The position numbers were made by a program, and so were the translations under genes. From Peribolospora baueri (lineage: Eukaryota), in the NCBI GenBank assembly GCA_029717555.1, contig JAMDHS010000101.1:1-64000 (forward strand): a stretch of DNA of 64,000 bases. The letters run 5' to 3'. A model generated the notes under the pieces. That model saw only the letters and a list, made by a program, of their open reading frames with translations. It was not told the origin of the DNA and did no database searches. Shown here piece by piece: positions 48,439 to 62,600 of this stretch. Position 1 is the first letter of the stretch; every line of letters begins with the position of its first letter.

Positions 48439-51400
48439 TCACATCTGCACAGTGGCGGCACCACCACCACCACCACCCGCAGCGCCCTTGCGCCTCCTCC
48501 TAGCCTGCACAACAAGCATGCTCGCACCCAGGCCTCCGAGGAGGAGCCCCTCCGCCGCTGCACCGATGACCCTTCCCATCTCCTTGAGCTCCGCCTTGAC
48601 CGCCTCCTCCGTCGTGGCCGCCGACGTAGCGGGATCGCCGCCGCCTCCTTCCCCCCCGTCTCTCATCCCATCCGTCTCCCTTCTGAACTCTGATCCCCTC
48701 TGGGCGAGCTTTCCTCGGCCGACGATGACGAGGTCGTGCGCGGGATCGACGAGAGGGAGAAGAGTCTGGAGAGACGTGTGGATGGGCCTCGTGCGGAGGT
48801 CCGGGGCGAGGGTGGACGGGAACGTTATGAACGTCACGCCCGCGTCGACGGTGACGGCGTAGTCGGAGGCGGACGGAGATGCGGATGAGGAAGGGGTTGC
48901 TCTGGCAGCGGAGGAGGAAGAAGAGGATTGTCCGCCGGAGGTCCCTTCCGGGCCGGAGGACGACGGAGCGTGTTGGCCGACATCGCTGACTGTACCCGCG
49001 GCGGTGGAATGTGCTGCCAGCGAGGCACCCGGCTTGTCCTCGGGCTCTTCGGGAAGTAGACCTTGCTGGGTAAGGAAGAGCTTGTCGAGCAGGTGAGCGT
49101 CCCCGCGCTGGATGGTCTGGAGGTTGATGGTGTCCTCGTGCGCAGCGTCAGGGTCGAGCTGACCCGCGGCGTGGTCAAATTGCTCTGAAAGGTTGGCCGC
49201 CGCCTCTTCCCGTTCTCGAGCCTCGGACGATTTGGCCGCCTGGGCGGCCGCCTCGGTCGAAGCGGCCATGTTGAGCACGAACCCGTCCGCCTTGCCTAGC
49301 GCGGCCATGCGCTTCACTAACTCGATTGCCGCGCGATCGTCGCTGCCTCCCCAGAAGGGCACGATGATCCTCCGCCGCTTCGACAGCCTGCTACGCGGCT
49401 CAAGGCCCAGCCTCTTCTCCAGCGCCTCGCCGCTCAGCAGCCCTCTCGCGCGGCTCTCCTGCCTTTTTATTCGAGGACGGAACTGCTTCGCATCGTGGTG
49501 CTCCAAAATCCCCCGATCGATGAGAACGCCAGTGCTGCAGGAGCTCTCGTCGATGTCGCGGAAGAGCCGTGCAGGAAGGAGATGTGCCACGCCGCCATAC
49601 GCCCAGTGAGCCTCCTCCTCTTCGCCTTCGTCCGAGCTCTTGAGCCCGAGATGGCTCGCAGCGGCCGTGTTGCCGAGCCAAGAGAGACCACGCGCGGTCG
49701 TGTGAGAGCTCTCCCACACTGCCATCGCCAAGCCTCCTCCGAGAGCAGAGTCACCGTCAGCGCGAGAAGGACCGTTGAGGGCCCATTGCGCGCGGGCGTT
49801 CCTGTGAGTGAGCACGCTCACGAAATCGCCCTCGGGCACGCTGAGGATATCGCCGTAAGGCTCATAGCCTGCTCTATGGGGGCGGTATACCGACTGCGTA
49901 GGGCCGGCCAGAAACGTGGTGGTGGGAGCGCCATTGAGACGGGCGTAGTGCCGCAGGTTCTCGAGGACAACGTCGCGTCGCCGGTCGTCCGAGACGGTAA
50001 TGAGGCGCATGATGTTTGAGGTGGAAAAGGTCAGCGGCAAGAGTCGGAGGAGGTCGAGCGGCACCCGTCCCGTCAAATCTGACTTATCCTCCGCGTCATC
50101 CGCCTCAGGGCTCGGGAGGCCCAAGCTAGATATGAGCGTCATGAGCGCGACAACGTTTGGGTTGGGCGACGAAAGCGCTACGGTGATGGGGAAGTCCGTG
50201 ACGGCTCGCTTAGTGGAAAGAGTGGGCAGGTTCATCTTGACAACGTCGGGCGTCGTCTTCCCGGTATCCAGCGTCTCTAAAGTCATACCGGGCTCGGACT
50301 CTTCCTCCTCCTCTGTGCGTCCGAGATAAATCCAGCGAGAGAGAGGGCGGACGGTGATGGTGGTGGCGAGGCAGACGACAACGAGCATCGCGAAAGCCTG
50401 CCGAACCAAAAACGATGGGACCAGTGAACTTGTTTGTCAAATAGCAATAAGACTTTGCCGTCGGAATAGCAATCGCTATCTGCATTTGGCGTCGGAGAAC
50501 CAACACTCACCTTCTTTGTGACAACGTTGAGCTCCAAAGCTACGTTAAGGATGATGATCTCAATGATGCCCTGATCGGCGCGATCGTCAGGCAGCCAAGG
50601 ATAGGGTCGAGCTGGTAAGACTTCCGCAACGTAAACGGCCGACGACTGTAGACGACCCACCTTGCTCTGCATGAGGCTTCCGATGGCAAGCGCCTGCCTC
50701 CACTCCAACCCAGTGAGCCGAGCAGCGACGGATGTAGCAGTCATCTTGCTAATGAAGATAGCAACGACGAGCAGGACGATGAGGCCCCACGTTTTTCCAT
50801 CGTTGAGGAGGCGCATGTCGGTGGCGAGGCCGGAGACGACGAAATAGAGCGGCAGGAGCATACCCATCACCAGTGACTCAATGCCTTCTGTAACTTTCAC
50901 GGCGAAGACGCCGTGCGGACAGCAGATGCCGAAGGTGATGGCGCCGAGGATTGGGTGAACGCCGAGGGCAGACCTGGATGATGCGGTGGTGAAAATAAGA
51001 AAGGGTATGAGTCAAAGAGCCTTTTTTTGCAAAGGAGAACGTTCTTTCTTCTGCAGTCTTTTTTTTTCTCTAGAGGAAAGGAAACGTGGAAACTTTGACT
51101 TACGTGAAGAAGGCGGAGATGAGGGCGCCTGCCAAGGTGAACGCCAAAACGCCTTCAGGGACCTTGCCACCCTCCTCGGCCGTCTCCTCATAACCGCTCC
51201 TCTTCACCATCCAGCTCAAGATGGGCCGCACGGCTACCCATAGGAAGACGACAAAGCCGGCAAAGACGAGCAGCTCGTACAATGCGTTAATGGGCGCCCC
51301 ACCAGAACCAAGGGCGGAGCCGATGGCAAGGAGGATGTAGCCGAGCAGGTCGTTGAATACGCCAGACGCCATGGTCATGGCGCCGAGCTGGGTGGCCAGA

Positions 51401-52459
51401 ATGCCCATCTCCGCCGCGACGCGGGAGAGCACGGAGAGGGAGGTAACAGCCATCACCGTGCCGACGAAGACAAAGAAGGTCTGAGGGCAGCGTCGGGAGA
51501 AGGAGAAAAGAAACACATAATGTCAGCGTCCTTGTTCTGACTCTGATTAGATTTGAAATTCGAACAAGGCATAGAGAGAAGTCTCACAGTAAACTTGATC
51601 GTCTGATCCGTCTCGGTCTTCCAGACAAGGTAGGACAATCCGGCGGAGATCGCAAAAGGGATGGCCATACCGGGCAGGACGATAGCAAGTACCTTCTTCA
51701 AGTACCGGGCCATGAGCGCGATGTCAGTCTCTAGGCTGTGGGAAAGGGGAGGGGAGCAGAGGGAAGGTTAGAAGAGGTGAGCGAGCGTCAAAGGGCAGAG
51801 GCTATGGGAACCTGGAGCGTGTGTAGCCTCCTCCCTCGCGAACCCGGCACGGCATCATGATGGACCGCAACCCACCCAACCATAAACAAAAAGAAAATCA
51901 ATCCGATGTTGGCCGTGACCGACAACAGCGGAATAGCATCGTGAGGAATGATGCTATTCGTAAAGCCGGGGATATTACCAAAGGCCGTGGGCCCTAGAAG
52001 CACGCCAGCCAAGATCTCTGAAATTTTTGGCGCAAAAAGGAGAAGAGTCTGGGTTGAGAAATCCAGAGAACAAGCTGAAGGACGTAATGCCAGCCCGAGC
52101 GGCGACGTACCTCCGACCACCTCGGGTTGGTTGATCGCTTTGAAAGCAGAGCCGAGCAGACGGCAGAGGATGATGATGATACAGACCTGTGCCGATACAG
52201 AAGGGACGTAAGGGGAGGGAGAAGGAGGAAGGAGGTGGTTAGCCCGCCCAACCCCGCCCCCATTGTTGACCTCCTCTGCTCCCCCGCATAGAAAGGCGTT
52301 CGACGTCCCGACGGGACAGGCTCACGCCGCGAATCAGCTCACCTGAACGAGAAAGAGCGCAAAGCCATTATTGGGGTCGGTGTAGCTGGTTGGGTCAAAT
52401 AAGAGCGGATTGGCGTGGGAAAGGTAACCGACGTGCGAGTGGTTGGAGAAGGGGGACAT
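48439..52459 (-). CDS. Cation/H+ antiporter (CPA2, Kha1-like), multi-exon
   Basis: FALFLVQ|VCIIIILCRLL..QPEVVG|EILAGVLLGPTAFG, ANIGLIFFLFMVG|LETD, VTSLSVLSRV, LGVHPILGAITFG, LLPLYFVVSGLATD and GSLMQSK|GIIEIIILNVALE. The C-terminal domain contains IIVPFWGGSDDRAAIELV. Confidence 0.9.
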
Positions 52460-53696
52460 CGTGCGCCACGGGCAAATCGTTTGCTGGTGGCAGTCGCCGT
52501 CGTTGCCGTCGCCGTTCGCTCGTGGTAGCCGTTATCGTTGGAACGGCGCGAAGAAAGAGAGAGTAGGTCGCGGGGTAGGCGATCAGTCGCGCGACGCCAT
52601 CGACGACGTGGAACAGGGTGCAAGCCGTGGAAGACGGGAGATGGAGAAGAGGAGAGAAGGGGGGCGGTGGCTCCTACTGTTACTGTACAGACGTTACTCT
52701 ACAAACACCCCACCAAATCTCAGTCAGGTCCTCGTTGGTGGTCGGTCGTCGATCGTTGTTGGCCGTCGGCCGCCGGCCCCGGCCCTTCCTTTCCCACTCG
52801 ACGCCCCTCTCGCGCATTGGCGGCGGGCGCCCGCAGGTGCGACGACCACGTGGACAGCCCGCATAGCCGCAGCAATGATGCAAGTGCAAATCGGGCACGT
52901 GATCTTCGCTGCGGCACGAAGCACAAAGGCTTTCTTCTTCTCCTTCTCCTTCGCTCCCTCCACCTCTTCTCTCCTTGCTCAGAACCACGACAGGAATCCT
53001 TTCTTTCGCCTTCCCTCGCTTCTCGCTCTGGTCGCAATGTCACAGCGCTTCTCCTTGAACGACGGCTCTCGCGCTCTCTGCCAAACGAGCAGACGCTTGC
53101 CTCGCACCGAACAGTGCCCATTCTTCCTCTCTTTTCCTCTATACCTCTCGTCCATTGCCGTCTCAATTCACATCGTACCTCCTACACCCCCACGAGGTCC
53201 AGGTGTTACTAAGGGCGGCGAGAGCGATTCTCTTGACCGGAGCGGTTGTACGCAACCGTTCCTTCTGGGCGTTTTTTCGGATGGCGGACGATTCTCCCGG
53301 GCCGTTTGTCCCTACGAGGCACCCAACATACCTTGTTCATTTCGCTCGTCTTTTCCGTTCCGATTTCATAGTCTCCTCTGTCTCACACGCTCATCTCAAT
53401 GGAAAGACCGCTTGGATATACGAACGAACAACTTGGAATTGAACACCTTGGACTTGATGAGACAAGCTATGAACATGACGGATGAGGTGGATGGGACGGG
53501 TGCGGGGAATGGAACAAACACAAGTCGAGCACCGACGTGCACGGGGAAAACGAAAGATGCTATGAAAGACTTCGGACGGGGACAGCAGCGAAGACTGGGG
53601 ATAGGGCATCAAGACCAGAATGAAGGGCTTTTCGGACCGACGGAGCGAAGCATTGAGATGAAACCGGAAAAAGGGAGGGTGGGTAGGTAGCGTCAA

Positions 53697-56600
53697 TCAA
53701 GGGTGCGGCTCGTACATATAGTCGAGCACCTTCAGGCAGCGCAGCATTCTGCTCTGCACCGCGTCTGCAGGCGAGAATCTCCCGAGCGCCAAACTCCTTG
53801 GCTCGGGCTGATGAGTCCTCTCGCTCTCCTCCAGACCCTTCACCAACGCGTCCAAGTCGCCCACCAGAGCCGTACCGAACTCTTCGATGCGCGTCCGGAG
53901 CTCGGTTGCGATGACCTCGCGCGAGTCGTGGACGTGCGACAGGTGCAAAATTAGCGCGAGTGTCTGCTGGAATGTCTTGCTCGTACATTCACCCGCCGTC
54001 AGGATATTCACCACCAGCCGAAGCACGTGCGCGGGGATTTGTGGCGGCCGCGTCAGCTTCAGCTGGTTCGGGGCAGAAGCATCTGCGCCAGCAGTCAACG
54101 ACGGACCGGCTTCTCCTTGTGCCGGCCTGCCGCTTCCCACCCCAGGTGACCCTTGTAGAGCCTCAGTCGCCTGCGCGGCAGAATCACCGGCCGTTGGCGG
54201 CTCAGTTGGCTGGCCGGGCCCGCTTTGTCCTTCTTGTTCGCTCGCCTCTTCCTTCTTGAGGGAAGTCAGCGGCCGGGTGATGGTGGACAGGAGGCTGGTA
54301 AATGATTCCATAAGAGCGGGCGTCTTGAGCAAGCTCGGGCGGTCGAGAAGACCGAGCAGAACCACGATCGGATACTTTGTCGCTGGCGACGGCTTCTCCT
54401 TCTCCTTGCCTTTCCCCTTCTTCGTTTGCGACCGCTTGAGACCCACAGGCACGTCGCTCTCAGTGAGGAAGAGAAGAGGCACCTGAGGGTTGGCAGCGAC
54501 GAGGTGCGCCAGAGCGTCGAAGGAGCGCTGCGCCAGCAAGTTCGGCACGTTCTCGCCAGGCATGTGAGCGAGAGGGCCTCCGGACCCAAAGAGGCCTGGC
54601 GTCGTCATCGCCGGCTCAGGGTTCGTCTTCTGTCGCTTCGGCGTCGGTCTCGGAATAATACCTTTGCCAGCGCGTAGGGGCGCTTGTGAGAAGCTCCTAT
54701 CCATGGCCTGCGGATCGCTCGTGCCGTCTTGAAGAACAGTGAGAAGAAGGTTGAAAAGCTCGGTTCTCGTCTTGGAGTTCTCCGAGAGATTGGCTAGTAC
54801 CTTGTGCAGCGCGCCCCTCTTGTTCATCTCCGGGAAGAACAGTAGTCGCACGAGCGTAGCCACGCCAGCCTTATCCAGGAGCTGAATAGCATCTCGCGAC
54901 GGACTTGCCTTCTTAGACGACCCTGCCGCCGCTGCGCCTTGCTCGTCGCGTTGCCTGCCAGATTGGCCGAACAGACGACGAGATTGCCTCGGTGGCCACC
55001 AATTTACTTCGGCAAGCATCGCCGGGGGCAAGGTCTGAAGGAAAGTCTCATCTTGATCCAGGAGAACGGTTTGGCGAAGGCTCGGGTCCAGGCCGGCGAG
55101 GAAACTGGCTGAGTCGATCTCCGCTGGCTGGCCCGCGGCCTCTTGACCACCCTCTCCGGCTACGCCTTCGCCGCGCTGTCGGCGCTGCTCCAATGACCGA
55201 CGGCGAACTTGTTCCAGTGCCTCTTGCTGAAGGACTTCGGCCCGGATCTCAGGAGGGAGGGCTTCCAAAAATTCGGGGCTGATATTGGTGTCCTGAGGCG
55301 CAGCCGCGGGCTCTGCTCTACGTTCGCGGAAGTGCTGGTTCAGCACCTCCTCCCGCATGTCGTCTGGGAGAGCCTCAAGGAAGCTCGGATCAATGCCCGT
55401 ATCAGTAATGTCGATCGAGTTTCCGTGGACGGTGACAGTGACCCTCTCTGGCTGACCGGCCTGTTCGGATACGCCTCCACCTTCTCCATTGCCGGAGGGA
55501 CTCCTAGCGCCGGCGGTCGGAGTACCATGGGCGGCGGATACCGCGCCTGCCGGCGTGCCACCCGGCGTGAGGGCTTGCTGCAAGTCCCTCAGCTCCATCG
55601 CCTCTGCCGAAGACCCTGGAGCACTGTCGCTCACGTCTTCCATCTCTGCGTCGTCGTTGGAAGCGTGAGCGGCCGCTTCCGCTGCCTCTCTCGCCACGCG
55701 CTCCTCCTCTGCCCTTCTAGCCTCCTCCTCCGCCTTCCTTGCTTCTTCCTCCGCCTTTCTCGCCTCCTCTGCTTTGCGCTCCTCCTCTCGCTTGGCCTCT
55801 TCTTCCCTTTCCTTCTCTCGCCGCTGCTTTTCCTCCTCTTCCTTGCGCTTCTGTTCTTCCGCCTGGTGCACCCAATAGGCCGGCAGAAGGGCGTTCAGAA
55901 CGTGGTTGCGGAAAGACATCCACGACGACGAAGAAGGGTTGACGATGCGCGACTCTTCCTGCCAACGCTGCACGGTCGTAATCGGGGTGAAAGATTGGAC
56001 CTGCATGACGGGGTCGTAAGGCCTGGAGGCAGGCACGCCTTGTTGGCCGCCACGGGCTGTGATAACGGCAGTGGCTCGCGGACGCCGCTCAAGCCCTCGA
56101 CCTCCTCCGAGCTCGCCGATCGTAGCCACAGCGGGCATCCGCATTGGCCCGTGTCCGTGCCCATGTCCATGCGGAAACTCGATGTGAATATCCGTTCCGT
56201 GCGCCGCACCGCCACGACTGAGAAGCGTTTCAAGGAAGTTGAGCACTTCTCCACCACCGCCGCCGATTAGATCATTGATCGACTGCGCCCAATCGCTAAA
56301 CGTCGCTTGACGACCGTCTCTGTGTGCGCGGCGAGCACCGTATGGAGCCGGAGGCGTAGCGCCCTCCGTGCGGTCGACTAGTAACGGGTGAGACGTCATA
56401 TCGTCGTCCCCTCTTCGTCTGCCACCGGTCATAGTCATTTCCCCGTAGTCTGTCACGACGCAAAGGAAGTAGATGATGGATGTCAGAACCCAAAGCTCAC
56501 ATCATGGTAGATACCAGAGGCACTCACCCAGGAGGCGGTTTCGTCGACCACCACCAACCATGCTCATCATATGCCCTGGCATGCCCGATGGGCGAGAACC

Positions 56601-59600
56601 GCGAGCACCTTCGGCGTCGCGAGCGAATGGCAGAGTAGTCCAGCCCCAGTTGGCGCCAAAGCGGTCATCAGAGAGCCCGGCTGGCGGCTCGCCCGAAAAG
56701 TCAACCTCCTCATTCTCGAAGAAGTCTTCCTCCTCGTCCATGATCGACTGCTCGCCGTCATCGTCTTCATCACCATCGAATAAGGGTCCATCTAGAACAA
56801 TTTGATCCTCGTCCACATCAACTTCTTCGACGATAGGACCGGCTTCGCCACCAAGATCGCCATCGGCCGCACCGAGAACGTAATCGAGAGCTTCGCCATC
56901 CTCATCGTCTTCGTCATACCTAAGGGCAAGCATTTCTCATCGACAGTCAGCAACACTTCAACGTGATGAAAGAACTAAATGAGCACTCACTCTTCTTCTT
57001 CATCCTCGTCTCCACCTTCGTCTTCATCGTCTTCGTCCACCCATTCACCCCCACTTCCGCCTTCGTCGTTCTCGTCATCGTCGCTGTCTTCATTGTCGTC
57101 CTCGTCTGCATCCTCGTCATCGTCATCGATAACAACGTCCACATGCTCGTCAACATGGTGCATGTCGTCAAGATCGTCGTCCTCGTCACTGCGCGTCAAG
57201 AAGTTGGCAGAAGTCAGATCGGAATTCTTCGCGGCGGTCACAGCAGCAATGCTCACCTCGCATCGCTGTCCCCGAGGGTACCATCCTCCCCGTCGTACAT
57301 TTCCTCATCGTCATCCTCCTCGTCCATGTCATCATATTCATCTGAAAGTGAGTCAGGCAAGACTGCATCAGCGCGCCTATCCACGTAAATAGTTCCAGCG
57401 GAAGGCCATTCTAGAGCTGACAACAACGGTGAAGTTGGGGAGATGGATACTCACCCTCGTAATCCATGCCTTCCATCTCCCCGGTGTGCATCCCGAGCGA
57501 CGACGTGCGGTAGAAATCTGGAGTCTCCTCCCGGTCAGTATAATCGACCGACTCGTCCTCGCTCATCATATCTTCGTCCGAGACCTCGGACTCTGAATGC
57601 TCCTCTCCTTTGTCTGCTCCATGGCCCTTCGAGGAGCGATCCGCCTTGCCCATCTTGATCGCGACTTTCGTGAGAAGCTCGAGGGGACGGAGGATCTCGT
57701 CCAAAAGCGCCTTCACGGACGGCAGGTTGAGATCGACATCGGCAAGCGCGTTGGTGAGGACCGTGACGTAGTTCTTCTCCAGCATCGTCTTAGCGATGTG
57801 CAGCGTTGAGTCTTCGCCATGCTTGGCTGAGCCGTTAGGTCGAGCCGTGAGGAGTCGGTGAGTGAGGTCAGCCAAAGCGTAGAGACGCCCATAACGGAGC
57901 TCGATGGGCTCGGCCGAGGCGGAAGCGTCTTTAATAGCCTTGGCAATACCATCGAGGACGAACTTGCGGACAGAGACTAGCTCTGGAGAGACGTCCTTGA
58001 CGTCCTGGTGAGTGGCTACGTCCGCGGTGAGTGCGACAAGAACGGACATGGCCCAGTTGGAGAGCGTCATTCGCTTGCGAAGTTCGTGAGAGAACTCAGT
58101 CTACGAAAAGGGAACCACCACTCATGTCAGTCTCGATATTTTACGGAACTCCTAGTCGATATAACGCCAGACTCACATGAAGGAAGCCGAGCGGGACCAG
58201 TTCCGTGAGGAAGAACGAGAGAACGGCCGCCTTCGGCTTGATCGGCGTGGCAGGATCCCTGCTGCCCGAACGCTTCTTGCTGAAGTTGATAAAGCTCAAC
58301 TTGCTGGTCGTGTACGATGAGAGGAGCTCGGTGAGGCACTGCATGATGAAGCACGTGCAAAGGTATGGGGCGTCCTGCTCCTCCTGCGCGCCCTCGCCAC
58401 TTTGTGGGCTGGTAGAAGCCGCGCCGCCGTTGACACTCTCAACCGGGGCAACATCTTGAGTGCCGCCAGCCTTGACGCCGGTAGAGTCTTTCTTGCTTGC
58501 AACTGAGCCAGTTCCAGTCGCAGCTGCCTTGGAGTGCTTCAAAAGCTCGGAGAGCAAGAAGTGTATGGCTGAGTCAAGCGCCTCGTTCGGCACCAGTGCA
58601 GGCGGGAGAAGGGCCACCTTCGACGGTTCGTCAACTTGCATATGCCCACCGGCCTTGGTGGGCGAAGCAGAATGACCGCCACTCTCCTTGGTCGCTTCCG
58701 GAGACTTATCGCTCGGCTCCTCCTTGAGCTTGATGTAGCCCGATCCTTTTTCGGTGTTGAATTCGGCCAGCTCAACCGACGCCTTAGCCGCCTCGACGAA
58801 AACATCAGGGTCGCGATTGGCGGCCATGTTGTAAGAGCGGATAAAGTTGGACACATCGGTCAGCTTGTTGCGGCCAAGGGCGAAATAGGCCCGCATCTCG
58901 TTTTGCATGGCCGTCCTCAGTGTCGTCGTGTCCTCGGTGATGTGTCGGAGGATAGTTATGACCAACGGCTGACAGCCTGCAACCTCTTTCGGCGAATTCA
59001 ATAACGACTTGAAGATCAACTGCAACCCGTTCTGATTGACGAACTCGGCCGCCATGTCGTGTCGTCGGGTCAATAGAACAAGGGTACGCATAAGCGCCAG
59101 AAAGTCGCCCCTGAGCAATGTAGTCGATTCGACCCTGCGCAAAACGACCATGCATTGCTGGAAGATGAAAGAGCGAGCCTCTTGGAATAGCGGTGCCCTG
59201 CGCACACTGACATCAGACGGTATCTCGTCTTTGCCCAACAACTTGACATCCCGAGGTTCCTCGTCGATACCCAGAAGCGCGTCCGCGACGAGAAACTCAG
59301 AGGCGAGCCACCTGGGCAGAGGTGAGGACGATGGCTCGCGACGCATGAACTCCTTCGCGAGCGCGACAACACAGTCCATCGCTCGACAGGCCTTTCTGTC
59401 GTCCATCTTCGGGCTGCTCAGCGACGTGTCATTGAGGATAAGGGCAAGCAAGCGGAACCGCACAGCGATGGTGGCCTCTTTCTCGTCGAATGCTGCTCCT
59501 TGGGCATCGTCGATGTCCTTCAGGAGAACGTCGAACGCGTTCTGGCCATCGCTCTTGATGGACGACGAGGTAAAGGCATCTTGCACGTCGAATACGAGTG

Positions 59601-62600
59601 GTTCGTGGTGATCGGCGAGCTCAAGCGCACGGCGAACGAAACCTTTTTCTAGGTCAAGCCGTACAGACTCAAGCTGCTCGCGAGGAGGTGGAGAGGGTTT
59701 CTCCGGTTCTTTGCCCTTGTCGCCCGGGTTGGCTTGCTCCTTCTCTCCCTCGTCGTTTGAGCGTTCGCAGTCATTGTCGTCCATCGCGACATCGTCTGCG
59801 TCTGCATCGTTTATAGACGTATCGCCCTCCGCCCTGGCGCCTGAAGTGTCAGCGGACGTCGACGTTTCGTCGCCTCCAGCGCGCTCGCCCTGGGACTGCC
59901 TCTCGTCAGCATTCTCTGGTGGCTGAGGCGTCGACGAGGAAGAAGTCCTATCCCGCGAAGCGCTTGCCGTGAGCTCCGGGTGCATGAGGAGGTATTCGGT
60001 GGCAGCGCTGAGGTTGTTGTGGCAGCGCACCAATGCGTTCTCTGCGGCCTCGCGAGAGAAGCCCATGTCCATTAGCTGGCGAACCTTATTCTCGTCTGGC
60101 ACCGTAAGTACCTGCATGCTCCGACGCATGGTCAATCCCGCAAGGCCACCTGCACTGAAAGGTGACGCGACACCGCTGCCCGTCCCGCTGCCAAGACCGC
60201 TGTCCGGCTTAGGGGGGGACTCTTCGCCCTCGCGCTTTAGGATGTTGAGAATGATTTGCACGACGGATCGATTGATGCTGAGCGGCAAGGAGGCGAGCCA
60301 GGGCTTGTCCCATATCTCGCGAACGGCCGGAAGGATGGCGGCGCGAAGCTTGATAAGCAGCTCGTGGGGGTCAAAGTAATCTGGCGAGTCGCGGTTTCTG
60401 TCGCGGGAGGTCAGGACCGTAGTTTGAGCCGCTTCCAGCAATGGTTTGGCGGCAGAGAGCGACTGAAGGAGGTTGAGGACAACCTTGAGACCGCCACAGA
60501 CGTGACCAAGTCGGATACCGGCATCCTGGTCCGGCTTCTGAACGGTGCCATCAAAGTTTGAGTCCACTTCGGCGATGTAGCGTCGGAGGATCTCGAAGAG
60601 CAACTCCGGGCCGCCAGCACGCTGGAAAGGGATTAGCAGGACAGTTTGAAGACCTTGGCCGGGGCCTTCGCCGAAGATCAATGTCGTCGTGTGCCCGACC
60701 ATGACCGTCGCATACGCGAAATTGTTGGCTTCGTTGGACGAGCCTCGCCATCTCAAATGCTCAACCACGACTCCAGCTACCACCTCTGCGATCCGCCGAG
60801 CTTGCACCACGTCAGGGTTACGGCGGTACAAAAGCATCTTGATGACGTCCTGGAAGAAGGACGAGAGTGAGATGGGGATTTGCGCTGCTAGGTACCTAAG
60901 CGCCCTGCCGTTGTGCATGCGCCTCTCTTGCGGTGCGTTGGGCGCAGTCGGCGCCAACTTGATGTTGCTCTCCACGGAGCCAACTTGGACGTCGAAAAGC
61001 ATGTCGTTGGGGAAGCCGGCAGCCGTTTGGTGGGGCTGCTCTACCTCTCGAGGGTGCGACGAATATTGCGCAGAATCGGTCTGAGAGTCGATGGCTGCCT
61101 CCGGAGAAGCGGGCTTCTCCTCCTCTTTCCCTGAAAGCGGCAACTGAGGGAGGACGGACTTGAGCAGGATGTTTTCCCACGTACACGTGCGCTGCAAAGC
61201 TCCAAGGCGAGCCAGCACCTGCTGCTCGTCGGTCCCATTAAGAACGCCAAGGAAAGCCGTGGCGACCTTGCCCGACGAATAGCCAAGCGTTTTGCACACA
61301 TCACTGAGAAGATGTGTACGTGCGTTGAGGCTGACGAGAACCCGGAAGCTTTTGTTGGCCTCGGCAAGCTGCTCTCCAGCTGGCAAAACAGAAAAGGGCT
61401 AGATATGAGTGGGTGTGCAACCTTTGGCTAAGGGGTGGAAAGTACATCCGACTCATGAAGCTAGGCACTCACGAGACACGTCCAACATTGGCAGCATCCT
61501 GCTCTCCGCAGAGGAACCCGCTCCCTCGGCTGCCCAAACCTGCCCGCTCTCCTCCAATGCAGTCTTGACGGCATTCACGAGCGCCTGCATTACCGTCTGT
61601 GGCTGTATCTCGCTCATGGAGCGTATCAGCGTAATCATCGAGTCGGCTGCCATGGACGATGCGAAGTCGTATGGAAGGCAGGGAGACGCGTACAACCGCG
61701 ACAGGCGCTCCATGCCGTCCGCCTTAAGAAAATCCTTGCAGTGCGAAACGGTCTGCATGAAGCTTTCAAGGAACTGGAGAAACGCAGAAAATGCCCGGTG
61801 GTAAGCACATCGAACGACAAGGGAGAGTCGCGCACGTTGGAAACCTCACCCTCGCAATCACGTCCATGTACGCGACGACGCGGTTGTCCTTCTGACCGCC
61901 GTCCTTCCTAAAGATATCGCTCTCATCCATCACCACATCGGCCAGTGCTACAGAGCGGGGAGTGGGGCTGCTAGGCACAAGGCCACTTTGAGTAGCTGTC
62001 ACCGTCGTAGAAGAGGCGGAGAGCCCTGCGCCCGTGTCTCCCATATCCACGTCCTCTGCTGTCGTCCCAAGCCTGCGATCCTGTTCGGACACAGCTTGGA
62101 GAGCATAGAACGATTGCTGACCCTCGTCGGGAACAAACTCTTGCCCCTCGCGCTCGATCGTCTCAAGCGTATGGATGATGGAATCGAACACTCTCTGTTT
62201 TAGGCTGGGATGATGTCGAATAAGCTCATCAATGGCAGAGCCGAGCATGCTGGCGTTGTCCCTGTCCTGAAGAACTTTGGTGTGGCGCTGAGACGTGAAG
62301 ATGCCGAAGAGCTTTGGGATGACCTCTTTGCTGTTGAATAGGTCCAGCCCTGCCTGGTTGAGGCAGAGCGCTCCAACAGCGTTAGGTATGGAGATGATAA
62401 CGTCCCAGCTCGCCCCAATGTCTTGCTCGACGACGGCGTAAAACGCCTCAGGCAGCTTGGCCTCTTCCAGAACGCCCAGGCTGGTTGGCTCGTTGTGGAC
62501 AAAGGTGGCCATAATATTGATGGCCAGTGCCAGGATCTGTGGCCCGAAAACGGTGCGGTTCTCCATGATCATGCGGATCGACTGCAGGAGGGTGCTGTCG

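Noticed and set aside
52015..52115. Apparent non-canonical acceptor in the antiporter gene (..CCAAAA|ATTTCAGAG)
   Set aside because: The canonical G|GTACGT donor and TTTCAG|AG acceptor give the expected QPEVVGEILAG.
52443..53690. 415-aa plus-strand ORF between the antiporter and the TOM1 N-half as a transposase
   Set aside because: No DDE, RT or other motif; the sequence looks like promoter and UTR DNA.
46000..53760. Split intein joining the TOM1 halves
   Set aside because: No intein N-terminal block follows the Tom1 sequence in the N-half, and no His-Asn/Cys-type junction is visible at the start of the HECT half.
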